Shown piece after piece: positions 10,134-19,600 of a stretch of DNA of 64,000 bases (within the stretch, counting starts at the first letter, position 1; each line of letters begins with the position of its first letter). The notes beneath the pieces were generated by a model. That model was not told the DNA's origin and did not search any database. It worked only from the letters and a program-made list of their open reading frames with translations. A program made the translations under genes and the position numbers. The DNA lies in assembly GCA_023248155.1 (NCBI GenBank), contig JAHFFE010000001.1:148873-212872 (forward strand). The letters are read 5' to 3'. Source of the DNA: Candidatus Omnitrophota bacterium. Its GTDB lineage: Bacteria > Omnitrophota > Gorgyraeia > 1-14-0-20-64-10.

Positions 10134-10393
10134 AAAAGAAAAGCCGACAAAGGACGGCGTGATCAGGCGGTTCGTTCGCTCGCTGCCGGACTGCAGTCGG
10201 CCCGGACTATTTGGGCATTGTGCCCTTCGGCTTGAACCCTGCTTCCCTTTGGGTCTCGGGTGCTGGGGCCTCCTTCCGTGCAGTGTCCACTATTTCGTAG
10301 CCCTGCTTGCTGAAGGGGCGGACAGTGTGTCACGCAAGGGAACTCCAGGCATCGATCCAAAGAGCTTCACGCCAACTTAATCCCTTTGTCGGC
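10134..10393 (-). ncRNA. candidate structured small RNA of about 260 nt, class unresolved (SRP-RNA long form or 6S-like are the leading guesses)
   Basis: No plausible ORF in the 450-nt gap. On the minus strand the 5' end GCCGACAAAGG pairs perfectly with the 3' end CCUUUGUCGGC (11 bp), extended by GGCGUGA/UCACGCC (7 bp). A U-rich tail (CUUUUCUUUUC) follows the 3' arm. A sigma70-like promoter sits 7 nt upstream of the 5' arm. Confidence 0.5.
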
Positions 10394-10400
10394 CACTTCC

Positions 10401-10429
10401 TTTATACTTGATAGCGACTAAAAAAGCAA
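10401..10429 (-). promoter_or_regulatory. sigma70-like promoter for the small RNA
   Basis: Minus strand reads TTGCTT (-35), a 17-nt spacer, then TATAAA (-10), with the RNA 5' end 7 nt downstream; it lies in an AT-rich island within a GC-rich genome. Confidence 0.45.
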
Positions 10430-10535
10430 GGGCAGCTGAAATAATGATTTTGGGATTAAAATGAGGAACTATTTGTTGCAAATTATTTCAAACAACTAGG
10501 GGTTTATAAATACCATAAATATGATATTTATATGA

Positions 10536-10559
10536 TAAAAGTGGTTTAATTAGACCACT
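10536..10559 (-). terminator. weak intrinsic terminator overlapping the era stop codon
   Basis: Minus-strand hairpin AGUGGU-CUAAUUAA-ACCACU followed by UUUUAUCAU. Confidence 0.3.
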
Positions 10560-11475
10560 AAAATCCAATTTCCTTCAAGAATTTAGAGTCCTTTCTCCAA
10601 TTCTTTGCTATTTTAACCCAGAGATCCAGATAGACGGGCCCGTCGAGCAACTTCTCGATCTCACGTCTCGCTTCCTGGCCGATTCTTTTCAGAATAGCAC
10701 CATCTTTTCCGATTAAAATTCCTTTTTGACTGTCCCGTTCCAGATAAATGTTTGCACGGATATAAGTGCTCGACGACTGGTCCGGTTTTTGCCGCGGCGA
10801 AGCAGTGCCCGGGCGCCATTCTTCGACGAGAACCGCCACCGAGTGAGGAATTTCTTCATGCGTGAACAGCAGTGCTTTTTCGCGGATCAGTTCCTGCGCC
10901 AGTACGCGCATCGATGCATCGGTCACCTGATCTGGTGGATAAGCGGCCGGTCCTTCCGGAAGGGAAGCGATCAATAAATCCAAAAGCGGCTGTGTGTTAT
11001 CGCCTTTGAATGCCGAGATCGGAACGATTTTTCTAAACGGGTATGATTTTTGCGCCTCGGCGATCTGCGGCAAGAGGCGGTCTTTCCGGACGCGGTCGAC
11101 TTTATTGATCCCCAGAAATGCCGCCGGCTTTTCTCCGGCCACCGGTTTTGGAAGCAGGCGCAGAAGCTGGCGATCGTCGTCGGTAAAACCGGCCGTTGCG
11201 TCGGTCAGCATCAGAAAAAAATCGGCCTGGCCCAGCGCGTCGCGGGCCGCCTGAATCTGATGTTTCGCCAGCAATGTTTTGGGTCCGTTGTAGATGCCGG
11301 GCGTGTCGAGAAAAAGAACCTGTGCTTCAGGCAGCGTTAATATTCCGAGCAGCTGCTGGCGCGTGGTTTCCGGTTTCGGCGAGACAATCGCGATTTTCTG
11401 GCCCAGATAGCGGTTGAGTAAAGTTGATTTTCCGACATTGGGCCGGCCGAAAATCGCCACAGTTCCGCATCGCAT
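10558..11475 (-). CDS. era: GTPase Era
   Basis: G1 motif GRPNVGKSTLLN, DTPG G3 motif, C-terminal KH domain; 305 aa. Confidence 0.9.
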   Translation of the reverse strand: MRCGTVAIFGRPNVGKSTLLNRYLGQKIAIVSPKPETTRQQLLGILTLPEAQVLFLDTPGIYNGPKTLLAKHQIQAARDALGQADFFLMLTDATAGFTDDDRQLLRLLPKPVAGEKPAAFLGINKVDRVRKDRLLPQIAEAQKSYPFRKIVPISAFKGDNTQPLLDLLIASLPEGPAAYPPDQVTDASMRVLAQELIREKALLFTHEEIPHSVAVLVEEWRPGTASPRQKPDQSSSTYIRANIYLERDSQKGILIGKDGAILKRIGQEARREIEKLLDGPVYLDLWVKIAKNWRKDSKFLKEIGF

Positions 11476-11487
11476 ACTATTACTCTA

Positions 11488-12981
11488 TCACCGCCGGTTG
11501 GATTCGGCGAGCAGTTCATCCACTAATGCGTTGGTTTTCTGGGCCAGAACTCCGTCGTTGTTTTTTAAATCCTGAATGGAAAGAGGGAAGCGGTCGGTCC
11601 AGTTGTGCGGCCCGACGGTGTTGGGCCGGTTGGTCCGGTGGCTGTTGTCCAATCCGAACAGATCCTGATAGGCGATGACGGCCAGCATCGACGGGGAAGC
11701 GCATGTTTTCCGAAGCAGAGCCACGCGCAGCGTATCAACGGACGCCGGCTCTTTCAAGAACCCTTCGTCGCGCAGCGCTTCAGCCAGTTTTTGAAAACGG
11801 ATCGTGTTGAGGTTGCCCAGTTCGCCGGCCAATGTGGCGCAGTCGTGCGTGGTTGTCACGGCAACCGAGTTTTCGGGGAATGAGCCGGTGTTCCAGTATT
11901 CCGCCGAAAAATCGAGCCCGAAAATAATCGGCTTCATGCCGGGAATGCCGGAACGATCACGCAGTTCGTAAACACCGCTGCTGAGCAATCCCAAATCTTC
12001 AGCGACGATCAGCGCTGATTTCTTGGAAAGAACCGGTTCAAATACTTCGTGAATAAAATTATCGCGCGGCCCGTCGCACCAGCGGCCGTCGAGCATCCGG
12101 ATCACCGATTCCACCGGCGCCGATTCAGGAAACGGCAGCGTTTCGCCGGTAATCAGCGGGTTTTCGAGCCAATGTTTTTTCTTCCAGGCTTCGCGGAGAT
12201 CTTTTCCTCTCCATTTTGCCTTGTCCGCCTGCGGCGGGATCCAATAATAATCATACAACGCGCGGAAATGATCGACCCGGATTCCGTCGAACCAATCGAG
12301 CATTCGGTTGACGCGCAATTTCCAAAGCCGATAGCCGCTTTTTTTCTGAGCGGCCCAGTCGTAGGGGTAATGTTCCCAGAACTGGCCGCCCGCTGAATAA
12401 AAATCGGGCGGAACGCCGGTCCGGCCGTTTAAATCGAAGCATTCGCGGTGCGTCCAGACGGCGTCGCTGTCGGTATTTAAATAAAACGACAGATCGCCCA
12501 GAAGAAAAACATTTTTTTTGTTCGCATGCTCGCGGCAGGCGGCCCATTGCTCGTCGAATTTCCATTGAATGAACGAATAAAACATGATCGAGTCGGCCAG
12601 TCGTTCTTCCCATTTGGCTAGCACTTCCGGCTGGCGTTCCCGTAACGCTTTGGGGAATTTTTGCCACCCGCACCGGAAATGATCCCGCAGAGAAAGGAAC
12701 AGCGCGTAATCGCCGAGCCAGTCCTGATTTTTTTCGCAGTAGCGTTCAAATGCCGCGTCGTGGCGGGAAGGTTTTTCTTGTTCCGAGAGAGTCAGGTAGC
12801 GCGGGTTGGCGGCGAACGCGCTCCAGGTATTGTAGGGGCTGGTATCTTCTCCGTCGTTGATCGGCAGCAGCTGGATCCAGCGCAGGCCATGGTCGGCGGC
12901 CCAGTCAATCAGCAGGCGCAGGTCGGTGATGCCATTGGGCAGCGCGTGTAATGGAACCAGAATACCGGCCGATCGTTTCAA
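11488..12981 (-). CDS. malQ: 4-alpha-glucanotransferase (amylomaltase, GH77)
   Basis: N-terminal GILVPLHALPNG...LPINDGEDTSPY typical of GH77 MalQ; 497 aa. Confidence 0.85.
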   Translation of the reverse strand: MKRSAGILVPLHALPNGITDLRLLIDWAADHGLRWIQLLPINDGEDTSPYNTWSAFAANPRYLTLSEQEKPSRHDAAFERYCEKNQDWLGDYALFLSLRDHFRCGWQKFPKALRERQPEVLAKWEERLADSIMFYSFIQWKFDEQWAACREHANKKNVFLLGDLSFYLNTDSDAVWTHRECFDLNGRTGVPPDFYSAGGQFWEHYPYDWAAQKKSGYRLWKLRVNRMLDWFDGIRVDHFRALYDYYWIPPQADKAKWRGKDLREAWKKKHWLENPLITGETLPFPESAPVESVIRMLDGRWCDGPRDNFIHEVFEPVLSKKSALIVAEDLGLLSSGVYELRDRSGIPGMKPIIFGLDFSAEYWNTGSFPENSVAVTTTHDCATLAGELGNLNTIRFQKLAEALRDEGFLKEPASVDTLRVALLRKTCASPSMLAVIAYQDLFGLDNSHRTNRPNTVGPHNWTDRFPLSIQDLKNNDGVLAQKTNALVDELLAESNRR

Positions 12982-13361
12982 ATCCGCCTGCTGTTCTTGG
13001 CTAACCAGTCGGCGACATCCTGAACGGTTTTTTCCCGATCGATGAGGCTTATCAGCAGGTTAAAATTCTGATTCTCAGAGGAAGTCAGCGAATAACCATT
13101 TATTTCGAGAAAAATATCAAAACAGGTCCAGGCCATTCGCTTGTTTCCATCCACGAATGAATGGTTTCTTGCCAAAGACTCCAGAAGGGCCGCCGCTTTT
13201 TCAAAACAAGTTGGATAAAGGTCTTTTCCTCCAAAGGTTGCTTGGGGGCGTGCCAATGCCGAGCGCAACAATCCATCATCTCGAATTCCAGCCGATCCGC
13301 CGGTTTCTTCGAGAATCTTTTTATAGATCCAGAGGACTTGGCGATAGCCAAGATAATTCAT
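12978..13361 (-). CDS. doc: type II toxin Doc (Fic/Doc family)
   Basis: Fic motif HSFVDGNKRMAW; 127 aa; paired with an upstream small RHH gene, overlapping it by 4 nt. Confidence 0.85.
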   Translation of the reverse strand: MNYLGYRQVLWIYKKILEETGGSAGIRDDGLLRSALARPQATFGGKDLYPTCFEKAAALLESLARNHSFVDGNKRMAWTCFDIFLEINGYSLTSSENQNFNLLISLIDREKTVQDVADWLAKNSRRI

Positions 13362-13576
13362 TTAGCAAGACGTTTTAATAACGGAAGATTGCGCTGAATG
13401 GACTGATCGACCACTCGGCGGAATTCCGCGGTAATCACATCATTGGAAAACTGCGCGTCCAGCAAGTGAATCGCTTCTTCCAGCAATTTCGATTGCGGAA
13501 TCCGGCTTTGCTCAGAGAGACGCTTCAGCGTCCTGACTTCTTTGGCGCCCAGCTTGGTTGAGTATTTAATCTGCAC
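13358..13576 (-). CDS. ribbon-helix-helix (CopG/Phd-like) antitoxin
   Basis: 72 aa with an RHH-like N-terminus; GTG start with a GGAGG RBS; immediately upstream of and overlapping doc. Confidence 0.65.
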   Translation of the reverse strand: MQIKYSTKLGAKEVRTLKRLSEQSRIPQSKLLEEAIHLLDAQFSNDVITAEFRRVVDQSIQRNLPLLKRLAK

Positions 13577-13597
13577 GGGTTTTGTCCTCCAAAGTCA

Positions 13598-13626
13598 ATA
13601 ATACCTGACAAAACATGCTTAGTCAA
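13598..13626 (-). promoter_or_regulatory. sigma70 promoter of the RHH-doc operon
   Basis: Minus strand reads TTGACT, 17 nt, TATTAT, then the GGAGG RBS and GTG start; a second TTGACT copy overlaps the -10 region and is a possible autoregulation operator. Confidence 0.5.
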
Positions 13627-13638
13627 GACTTTTACTGA

Positions 13639-16600
13639 TTAGGCCATGGACTCGAGGAAGTTTTGGACGGCGTCGAGCGCCAGCGCCACAGGGGAAGGAA
13701 GATCATCGGGATTAAGCCCCAGCTGGCGCAGGCCCTGTTCGCGATTTTGAATGGAGATCAATCGCAGGGTAGGGTTGTCCAGCAGGTTTGAAGCTTCGAG
13801 GTATCCAATGGCATAGCGCTCTCTGGGTACGCGCATCTGCGCGAGTAAACTGCGCAGAGCATCGGCCTGAGCGCCATCGGATAAAATCGCCACGCGCCAA
13901 CCCCATTGCAGCGCCATCGGAATCAGATCAAATGTTTCCGGATTTTCGAACACAAGCACTGTTGATTCGGGAGCCGCCGAAGTGGGGGAATAGAGAACGC
14001 TTAGCTGTGCCAGCGCCCGGTCCTGCGTGTCGCCGGCGGAAACCGTTTCCTCCTGCCCGGCGGACGGGTTGGTATAGACGACGATTGCCGCGTTAAGGTT
14101 TCGCAGTGAGTCGTGCGGCGCGTTGTTGTGCCGGCCGAGAATGACCGGGACTGTTCCGTCGTCAACGGCCCATTGCTGGACATCCATACTGCCGCCCAGC
14201 AAGATCGCTTCAACGGCCCCCGATTTTATCATCGCCTCAGTGACATCCTCGACGGAGGCCTGTTTTTGTCCGGTTTCCGGTTGGCCGACCAGCGATAGAA
14301 AAATCAATTGATTATCACCGGTTCGTCCCAGCGCCGAAAAGGCGGCATAGGTTGTGTTGGGATCCCACCGGGTTCGGTTCGCATAGGCTCCTTCTGAAAG
14401 ATCCGCGTCGGCATTGGCCGCGCCTCCTTCCGTCGGGTAGTGGCGGATTTTTGAAGCAACCGATTTGCCGTCACGCACCAATACCGGTCCCGCCACCGCT
14501 TCCCGAATCCCGTCGGTTTGCGGGACCCCCTCGGTTAATTTCAAGCGGCGCAGGCCGGTTTTTCCGGAATCGGCCGCCTCCAGCACGAAGACCCACGGTT
14601 CTTCGGCCTGCCGCACACCCGGAATCGCGACTAATTTTCCATCGATAATCAGAAAACCGTTCGGTTCCCAGAAATTGGTCTGCAGAGAGTTGGAAGCGAA
14701 AATCGGTTCCGCGTCCAGCGGCAGAGAAAGGTTATTCCACGAAGAGGGTTTATCGATAATTCCCATCAGAGGATCGCCCGGCTGCTGAGTTTTTGTCAAC
14801 CGGCGCAATCCTTTCCATTCCCACGAGCCGTTGATCACCTGGGGGTTCAGCCGTTGGCGGATCAATGTTTTCGCGGGATGAATGAGGACGGCCCGCCCGG
14901 TCAGCGTGCGGTCCGGCCGCTCGATCGAAACGGTTCGGGTTTCTCCATAGGCCGAATCCCGCAGCGGTTTTGGATCTGCCAGCACAACACCCGCTGTCAT
15001 CTCCGGATTTTGGGCCAGCACGGTTTGGCGGATGGTGACGCGCGGAACATTCGGCAGCGTGCCGAACGGATTTTGGAAATAAGCTCCCTGGGTTCCGTCA
15101 ATTTTAATGAAAGCCGGAGGGCGTTCCGGGTCCGGAGCGACGCCGAAAATATTTTCTATGCCGGTAAGCCATTTCAGGCGCAAGCCAAGATAAATCAATG
15201 GTTTGGCCAGCCCATTTAAATTCCAGGTATTGGCTTCTCCTTGGGATAGAACGACGCCCGCGTCTCGAATCGCGCTGACCGCTTCCGGTGTCAGCCGATT
15301 GAGCGGTGTTCCATGTGAACGCGCGCCGGGAATCAGCCGGAATCGTCCTATAGCCTGGTACTGCCGAAGTTTTTCGTAAATCGGCTGTTTTTCCAGAAGC
15401 CGCCGCGCGTCGTCCAGAGAAGCATCATTCATGACGCCGTTGTCGACCTTGACGATCATGGAAATAGTGAGTGTTGGATTGACGGAGAGCAGCAGTTCGG
15501 CCAGTTTCAAGCTGCCGGCGATCTCCGCGTTGTTATCCGTGATATGGACAAGCGATTGACCGGGTTTCAAAATATCGGCGATGAAAGAGTGGATAAACCG
15601 CTCACCGCCGAGCGCTTCGGAAAAATCAGTTCCCATTCGCGGCAGAACATAGTGCATGACGCCGCCGGCCTGCTCGATTTCACGGGCCAGCGCCGGTTGT
15701 GAATAATCGATCAGGTTCAGCGCGATGGCCAGCCGCAGCCATGGCAGAAGTTTTTTGCCCGGATTTCTCCGCAGCTTGACGGGGTTATCCGTGAAAGTTT
15801 CAGGCTGGTTTTGCAGAAGAGTCCGGATCGCGGCAGCGGCGGCCCGGTTGCCGGATTCATTGGAAAAACTCAGCGGATTGGCCAGCGCCTGCTCCAGTAA
15901 TTGCGCGGGGATATGCGCTCTTGAGAGACTTGGCGAGATCAGCGGCACCAGCAGGCGAGGCAGATCCCGGTAAGACCAGCGGTAAATTTCTGATTCGGAA
16001 AGATTCGGGAAAAGCCGTTGTCCGGCGCTGTCCTCCGCGTAACTGAGGGATCTCATCAAGGACTGAATCTGTTTAAGCCCCAGATCTTCGGCGGTAACGG
16101 GAGCGCTGGGCTGCTGCCGCGTGATTTGTTCGGCGGCTCCGCGCAGAGTTTTCTCCAGCGCCGCGATCCACTCGTTCTCCACATAATCGCGCAGAATCTC
16201 CTCGGATATTTCATTGCGCAAGAAAGGACCGGCGTTGTATTCCGAAACAGAAAGCGGAGGAAGCGCTGTTTTTTCCTGCGGCGGAGCGGCCATCAGCGCC
16301 AGAAAAGCTTTTACCCAGCGGATATCTTTTTCCTGGGCATCCTCGGTTGGCGATTGATCCAAAAACGGAGAAATTCGCGGATCAATCTGTCCGTCTCGAA
16401 CGAACGCCAGACGGAGAATTTCGGCGGCTGTTTTAGCAGGTGCGGCGCCTTCCAACAGCATTGGTTCGAATTGTTTTAGCTTGTCCTGATACAGCTGGGG
16501 AATGTTCACCGGCCTGCCATCCGCGGGTTTTGCTTCTCTTAAAACAGGACGAATCGCGTTCCAAAAACCGACTATATTTTGATCCGGAGAGAATTTTTGT

Positions 16601-19600
16601 ACGGCGGTTCCCAGCAAGCTGTCAAAACCGCGGTTCCCTTCACGGATTTCTCTTTGCTGGTAGGTTGTAAACAGTTCCAGCAGTCTTGCGATGGAAGGAA
16701 GAAGAGAAACCGAATTCGTTTGCGCGAACAGAAAATCAGCTGCTTCCAGCCGTTCCACAACGTTTCCATTTAACTGATCAATCAATTGTTGCGCGCGCTC
16801 GATCGTAAGAACGGGTTTGGCGCCGGATTCAGATCGGGGATCTTTTATTCCGCGAATAAGAATGGGTGGTTGAGGCCAGCCGGCTTCTCCGCGGGCTTTA
16901 TTTTCACGGACAATTAAATCTCTGTAACGATGCTGTTGGAGAGTGTCTTTACTCAGACCAAGCCGATCCGCCAAAGCGTCTAGTTCAGTGGTTTCCCCCG
17001 GATGTTCGTGAAGCATCTGTATAATTTGCTGATGATTTCTCTGCCACCGGGCATTTCGACCCGATTCTTCCAGTCCGGCGGATGTTTTATCGGGGGGCAG
17101 AACTGTGCGGGAAGGTGAGAAATCAACAACCGGGCCCCTATCCTTGGGGAGTTCCTGTTCGATCTGTTTCGCGGCTTCTGAGAAAAGATGCTCGAGTTCA
17201 TCCGCGGCCGATAAATCAAGAGATTCTTGCAAAACGGGGTAAGCTCTTTGCCAAACCAACCGGGCGCTGCGAAAATCCCCGAGAGGATCTTGTTCCGGGA
17301 ACCGCCTTTTCAAATCATCGAGGAACCGGTTAAATGTCTGGTCGGCGGCATCGCGCAGCACCAGATTATGAAACAACAGCAAAACCGTCCAGACCTCATT
17401 CATCGTGAAAGAAGCTCCCCGGTTGGCGCGCCGCTCTATTTCCTGAACGGCCAGCATCGTCGAGTCTCCGTCGTGGGCGCTTTCGGCGAAGAACTCCACC
17501 GCGTCTCGCGGGGGAACAATCTGCACTCTCCAGATTTTCTCGCTCCGCAGAAGCTTCGCATTGTCGGTTTCCCAGAAAATCGCTGTGTAGCCATCGGACG
17601 GTTTTTCTCTCGATAAAATGGCGCGGAACCGATCCGTGATCTCGAGGCGGACTTCCAGCGCGGCGAACGCCTCATGAAGTTTCTGAGTTTTTCTTAAGGA
17701 TCCCGACAAATCTTCCGGCAGAATCTTGTTGAGCGTTTGTGAGGAAATAGATGCCACGCCGTCTTCAACTGTAAATTGGACTTCTTTCCGGCCGTCTTTT
17801 TTGCGGGGGCCCCCGCCTCTCAAGCCTGCCGCGATGGTTTCCAGCAAGACGGGGATAATCGAGTTGACATCAGCGGCAACTGCTTCTTCTGATTCGTCAG
17901 CTTTTTCTGAATTACCGATTTGAACCTTCGTTAATTTCGTTTCAGCCAATTTTTCCGGCAGCGCTTGATTAATGCCAGCCAACAGCTCTTTCCTGTTGGA
18001 AAGGAAAGATTGGCTGGGCGAGCCCCCAAACAGCCGCGCGGCCTCGCGCTGAGTCAGTTGAATGTCTCCTTCTCGATTTTCCGCTACCAGCGCGGCCACC
18101 AGGCGGGCCGCCAGATCATCCGGGGTTTCTTCCAACCCGGAGGTGGCCTGTTTCAGCAGAGTCAGCGCGGCGGCGAACTGGCGTTCCTCATCGGTTCCGA
18201 TCCGGCTGAATATAATTCCATTGGCGATTGCTCCTGCGATGAGCGGGTCCGCATGAAAATGGGAGATGAGTTCCGAAGAAAGAGCCTCTCGAATTAAACC
18301 GATTGCCGGAGCAGGACCCAAGGCAACTGCCAATCGATGCACGACGCTGCCCGCCAGAACGGTTCTTTGTGGAATGACTTCGGGAATAGTTCCCGTCAGA
18401 TAAGGCGCCAGCGCTGCGGCCATGAACCGGCCGATCTCTTGCGCAACTTCTGCATTGTCATAGCCGAGCGCTTTCACGCGTTTTTCCAGTGCCGGTTCGC
18501 TTAAGAGTTGTTCCACTTGTAGTTCGGTGGTGGTCGGTTGAAAACGCATTCCCTTCAACTCTCGGCCTTTATATTCATAATGCTTACCATTATCCGTTGA
18601 GGTAGTAACGCGGCCTACCTCAAGAAATCCAAGGCTGCGTGAGACGGGTCTGCCGTTAGCAGCCAGATCACCGCTGATTCCCGGTCCAAAATAGAAAAAG
18701 GCCGCATTTTGTACGCCATGAATTGTTCCGATGGCGCTGAGTTCTCCCAACAGAGAGGCCCGTCCTCGGTTGTAAACGGAAACAACAGCGCTGGCTTTTC
18801 CACCCAGCCGTGCTGAGAGCTTTTCTTGAAGAACCGCGCTCAACGAGTAATGATCAAACGCCGGCAGGTAAGGGGCCGGCTGCGGATTTCCGGTTTCTCC
18901 GTCGGATGCTTCATCATTGACGGCCGCAACAATCGAAACAACCACCCGGCTTAACCGATCGCCGGACAATCCCGTGTCGTCGACCATTTGGGCAATCTGA
19001 TTAACGAGCGCAGCAACAATCAGTTCCGGATTTTTATTGGGATCCAATGTTCCGCCGGTGGTCGACCATTTTTGCATTGGCGGAGCAGTGCGGCGCTCCA
19101 CCTTGTTGTCGGGCCCAGAGAGTGCGACCGAAAATCCTTCCCGTGTGATATCGACACCGACGGCGTAGCGCTTGTTTCCATAAGCGGCCCGAATTTCAAC
19201 CGCTTCCGGGCTCAATTTTTTAGGCGGCGGAGATGGCGGCACAGGATTTCTGAATACAAAAACGCGGCGCGTACCCTCGCCCGGCGCGTAAGTTTCTTCC
19301 GCTAACGAAAAGAGTCCTTCACGGTATGCCCGCCTTAGCAACGGGGTCCCCATCTTTCCACCCGCTTTTTTTCCGGCCGCGGCAGCGGCGGATTGATCTT
19401 TATCCAATTGCCCGAACAGTTCTCGGACCAAGTCCATTGGGTCATCAGCCGGCTGCGATTCGCCCAGCGATTGTTCAAGCAGTTCTTTGAGTGAGAAAAA
19501 ATCCTTTGCCTGGTCCTCAAGCACCGCCCTTAACTCCGGGCCGTTCCATGTCAGTGTGACGCGGGTGTTGAGTTGCGGCTGATATCCGTAGGCGTGCTGA

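Noticed and set aside
10134-10393. RNase P RNA or tmRNA identity for the small RNA
   Set aside because: At about 260 nt it is too short for bacterial RNase P RNA (usually 330-420 nt). The only P4-like string, AGUCCGGGC, lies near the 3' end rather than after P1-P3. There is no tRNA-like 3' CCA end or tag-peptide frame as in tmRNA
10134-10393. Cobalamin riboswitch upstream of the patatin gene
   Set aside because: A GGACACUG...GGAAGG stretch faintly resembles the B12 box region, but the upstream GGUGnAAnUCC and CCCGCnACUGU core elements are not found in order. The element also has its own promoter and U-tail, as expected of an independent sRNA, so it does not look like a cis-leader
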